Shown piece by piece: positions 60,401 through 64,000 of a stretch of 64,000 bases of DNA (position 1 is the first letter of the stretch; every line of letters begins with the position of its first letter). Both the position numbers and the translations under genes were made by a program. The notes beneath the pieces are model-generated. The model did no database searches. It saw only the letters and a list, made by a program, of their open reading frames with translations, and was not told where the DNA came from. The DNA comes from the human T2T-CHM13v2.0 reference genome, Homo sapiens: assembly GCF_009914755.1 (NCBI RefSeq), contig NC_060930.1; one strand, given 5' to 3'.

Positions 60401-61777
60401 AATGTGTGTGTCTTCCATTTCTAGAAAGAAGGACTATACATACTTTTTCCTATTCTTCCATATGTGTAAAAACAAAACAAAACAAATGAACCACCAAAAA
60501 ACATGAATGACATATGGAAAGTTAACATAAGATTCTGAAAGATGAGGAAAAAAGCCACACTGGCCAGGAACATAGTGGGGGATGGGAAGGAGAGGAAATA
60601 AATGGTGATGAATTTTCTAGGTTATATATTTTTTTATTTTAGTTTGGTTTTTGCCTCATTTATTCCAAACTTGGAGCTGAATAAATTGACAATCTGGAAA
60701 CACTAACAAATTCAGACAAAATATATTCCCCCTCAAAAACCTGTTCTCTCTAGCAAAACGGGTTTCCTAGGGAAACAAAAATAAAACATAAAAACAAAAC
60801 ATTGTAAGACCTAACTACTCTATTCTACCCAAACATCACGGAAAAAGTGTGGCCCCACCCCGACACACATCAACAAAAGCTGAGTGGGGAGCCTGGACTT
60901 TGACACTAATTGGGCTGTGAAAAGATACCTCAACATCCTTGCTTGAGTGGTATCAGGAAAGGCCAGGCAGAGAGCTATGATTTGATCCCAACTGGATGAA
61001 GAATGTTACCAAACTACAGTTCCCATCAAAATCCCAGCAAGATTTTTTGTAGATATAGACAAAGTCATTCTAATTTGCATATAATTAGAGAAAAAACTTT
61101 AAGAGCTAACAAATATTTGGGGAAATAAAGGGAGACTAAAGTGGGAGGGATCAGTCTACCCATTCCCAAAACACATACTATATAGCTTTTTATGCAGTTT
61201 ATTTCATAAAATAAACAAGTATTTTGTTATTGGAAAATTAGATGGACAGATAGATAGATGAGTGGAATAGAAGAGGGAATCAAGAAATACACCTGCACAA
61301 ATACTCCCACTGGCTTTTGGCAAAGGTGCAAAACCATCTGAATGGCTGAATGGAGAAATGACAGCCTTCCAACAGGTACAGCCAGAGCAATCATACATTT
61401 ATTAACTCATAATAGACCATACGCTAAATAAAAAAGTGTAAAATTATAAAACTTTTTGAAAACAGTAAGAGAAAATTCTTTAGGGCCTATGGCTAGACAA
61501 AGAGTTCTTAACTTTGACACTGAAAGCAAAATCAATAAATGGAAAAAAAAAAACAAAAAATGCACTTTGTCAAAATTAAAATGTTTTGCTCCATGAAAAC
61601 CCTGTTAAAAGGACAAAAAGAAAAGCAAGCTATAAGCTTGGAGATAATAGCTGACACATATCCAACAACGTGTTAGCATAGAGAACTCCCTAAACTCTAC
61701 AATAAACTCTATAATAAAGACAAAAAATAATAGATAATGGAAAAAAAGACACAAAGAGACATTCAACAAAGAGAAAT

Positions 61778-62290
61778 TATTTTATTACTCTTAGATATGA
61801 TGAAGCCAACATATCAGGAGATGATTATCACTAAAAAGATATTTTGTCACTCACAGTTCCCAAGAGGAGGAAGCGCAGTGTACATGCAGAGCCACATTGG
61901 CAAGCAGTGGGGTCTGTTAGGAGTCACAGGGAGTGAGAGGAAAAACTTGGCAAGAGTTTTTCTTGTGGTTTCTGTGGGAAGGAATGAGCAAGCCAGAGTA
62001 CGCTGGTGAATTGACTAGTCTTAATAATTGTAGTGGGCTCTGGAATATAGGTATTGTCTTAAGATGTCTAGTACCTGGCCCTGGAGTGATTGGAGCAGGA
62101 TAATAGCAGTCCAGAGTTTACAAGCCTAATTGAGAAGGTAGAGTGGGCAGGCTCTGGATTGGTTAGTTTGGTGTGAAAGATACACTTTCAGATGGGTTGT
62201 GTTTAGTATCTCCAGGAATTGGCTAGCCCTAGGAGGGATAGTTTTCCAGGGTCAGTAAAGTCCAGATGTCAAAGTATCAGAAAGTAAAAA
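61778..62290. mobile_element. ERVL-type LTR (MER74-like)
   Basis: actcacagttcccaagaggagg...tggtttctgtgggaaggaa...tacctggccctgg; the L1 resumes after it. Confidence 0.55.
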
Positions 62291-62414
62291 GAGAGAAGTA
62301 ATACAGATATACAGATGGCAAACAAACACATTAACTCATACTCAACTTTATTTGTCAACCGAGAAATGCAAGTTACAATCACCATAAAACATGATTACAC
62401 ACTTATCAGAATGG

Positions 62415-62417
<3 letters not shown>

Positions 62418-62475
<58 letters not shown>

Positions 62476-62476
62476 T
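62418..62476. repeat. (TA)n microsatellite
   Basis: ~24 uninterrupted TA units plus a degenerate tail. Confidence 0.95.
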
Positions 62477-63174
62477 TACAACACCAAATCCTGACAAGGA
62501 TGTGAAACAACTGGACTACTTATGTATTTATGGTGAGAAGGTAAAATAATATAACCACTCTGTAAAACAATTTGGCTGTATCTTAAAACTAAGCTAAACA
62601 TGCAACTAGCATATGACTCAGAGATTGCATTCCTGGGCATTTATCCCAGAGAATTGAAAAGTTATGTTAACATAAAAACCTATACATCAATGTTCACAGC
62701 ATCCTTACTTGTGATAGCTCCACACTGAAAACAACCCAGATATCCTTGAACAGGTGAGTAGGGAAACAAACTAGTATATATCAATGCAATGGAATACTAC
62801 TTGCAATAAAAATGAAGAAATTATTGATTTAAAACACAATTTAGACCAATCTTCAGAGAATTATGCTGAGTGAAAAAAATTGAAGGATGTACTTTGATAA
62901 GCTCTATTTAGAAAACATTCTCAAAATGACAAGACTATAGAAATGAAAAAGGGATTAACGGTTGCCAGTTACAGAGGAAGTAGAAGTGAGAAAGAAGTGG
63001 GTGTGGCTATAACAGCACAAGATGAGGGATCCTTCTGATGATGGAAGTTGTCACTATCTTGCCTATATTAATGCCAACATTCTGTTCACAGCGTTTTATA
63101 GTTTTAAAGATGTTGACATCTGGGGAACCTGGGTAAAGGTAAATGGAATCTCTTTGTTATTTCTTACAGCTTCA

Positions 63175-63313
63175 TGTGAATCTCCAGAAAAACACAAAAT
63201 AATAATAAAAAATAACTTTCAGTTTAATTTTTTAAAATGCAGAATCTGTGAATCTACAGATAATACAAAATAATAATATAAAATAACTTTTAGTTTAATT
63301 TTTTTTAATGCAG
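63175..63313. repeat. Two-copy tandem duplication, 72-bp period
   Basis: tgtgaatct.caga.aa.acaaaataataat...aatgcag at 63175-63242 and 63247-63313. Confidence 0.85.
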
Positions 63314-63532
63314 TTACACTCTTTTTTACTTGGTGTAGAATAAACTATTTTTAAGTCTCAAGTAAAACATCAGTTCCTCTTTGAAGCTTTCTTTGATTAA
63401 TCATCAATAAAATTCACTGTGTTTCCTTCCTCACTCAAGATTAACTTCTTGTAGTTGATTATGACCATGTATGCTTCAGACCTAAAGACATAGGAAGAAA
63501 TGGAATCCCAGAGTGTATAACTAGAGGGAGGG

Positions 63533-63616
63533 ATATATATGTGTGTTTGTGTGTGTGTGCGCGTGTGTGTGTGTATATATATAATATATATATTATATAT
63601 ATAATTTTATATATAA
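63533..63616. repeat. (TG)n/(TA)n compound microsatellite
   Basis: gtgtgtgtgcgcgtgtgtgt...tatatata. Confidence 0.8.
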
Positions 63617-64000
63617 ATTTTTTTGGGTAGTTGCTAGACCTTGAGTACTGCTGTGACACCCTCATCAGCCAATGAAACAAAAGGTGTTGAGAACACTTCT
63701 ATGGCTTCTTCTGTGCTGCAGGGAACCTTCACACAGTAGCTCTCATCACTTAACAGAAGATTTGACTACATGAGCAATTGGCAAGGACAGAAAATTATGA
63801 CTTACACAGTGTCTTTCTCTAACTTTGTTGAGATAGGTAGGTGATTGAAAATGTAGTAAGACAATCATGTTATTATGTGCATTCAGAGATAATCTTTTTA
63901 AAAAATATTTCTTCAAATGATAAAATGTATTTTATATGATTTATCATAATAAGAAAAGAAGATAATATCCATTCCAGGGATGTTTTGAGATTTTTATTTT

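Larger units (their letters stand above)
61010..63190 (+). mobile_element. Old L1M ORF2 end and 3'UTR, interrupted by an LTR
   Basis: cccatcaaaatcccagcaag...; ctgggcatttatcccagaga; ggggaacctgggtaaagg. Confidence 0.75.

Overview
AT-rich, CpG-poor primate (most likely human) intergenic or deep intronic DNA with no intact protein-coding gene. Much of it is old interspersed repeats: L1 of many ages, six Alus, L2/MIR, MaLR and ERVL LTRs, and Tigger1, Tigger2a and MER30 DNA transposons. Two structures stand out. (1) A full-length processed pseudogene of TARDBP (TDP-43) on the minus strand (~27130 to ~22368). It has lost its start and stop codons, lacks ~233 nt encoding the aggregation-prone C-terminal segment (aa ~313-390), and is split in its 3'UTR by a near-complete, same-strand THE1B-type MaLR element. 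That element's 3' LTR sits just upstream of the retained TDP-43-binding 3'UTR region and poly(A) signal. (2) A very homogeneous 24-bp minisatellite (~29.8 copies, 36743-37457) built entirely of alternating 8-bp inverted repeats with 4-nt loops, open in one frame on each strand. Smaller oddities include an L1PA7/8 with a large internal deletion but intact TSDs, a local template-switch inversion, and a 48-bp target-site duplication. Repeat subfamily names and parent-gene comparisons come from recalled consensus/mRNA sequences, and boundaries of old repeats are approximate.
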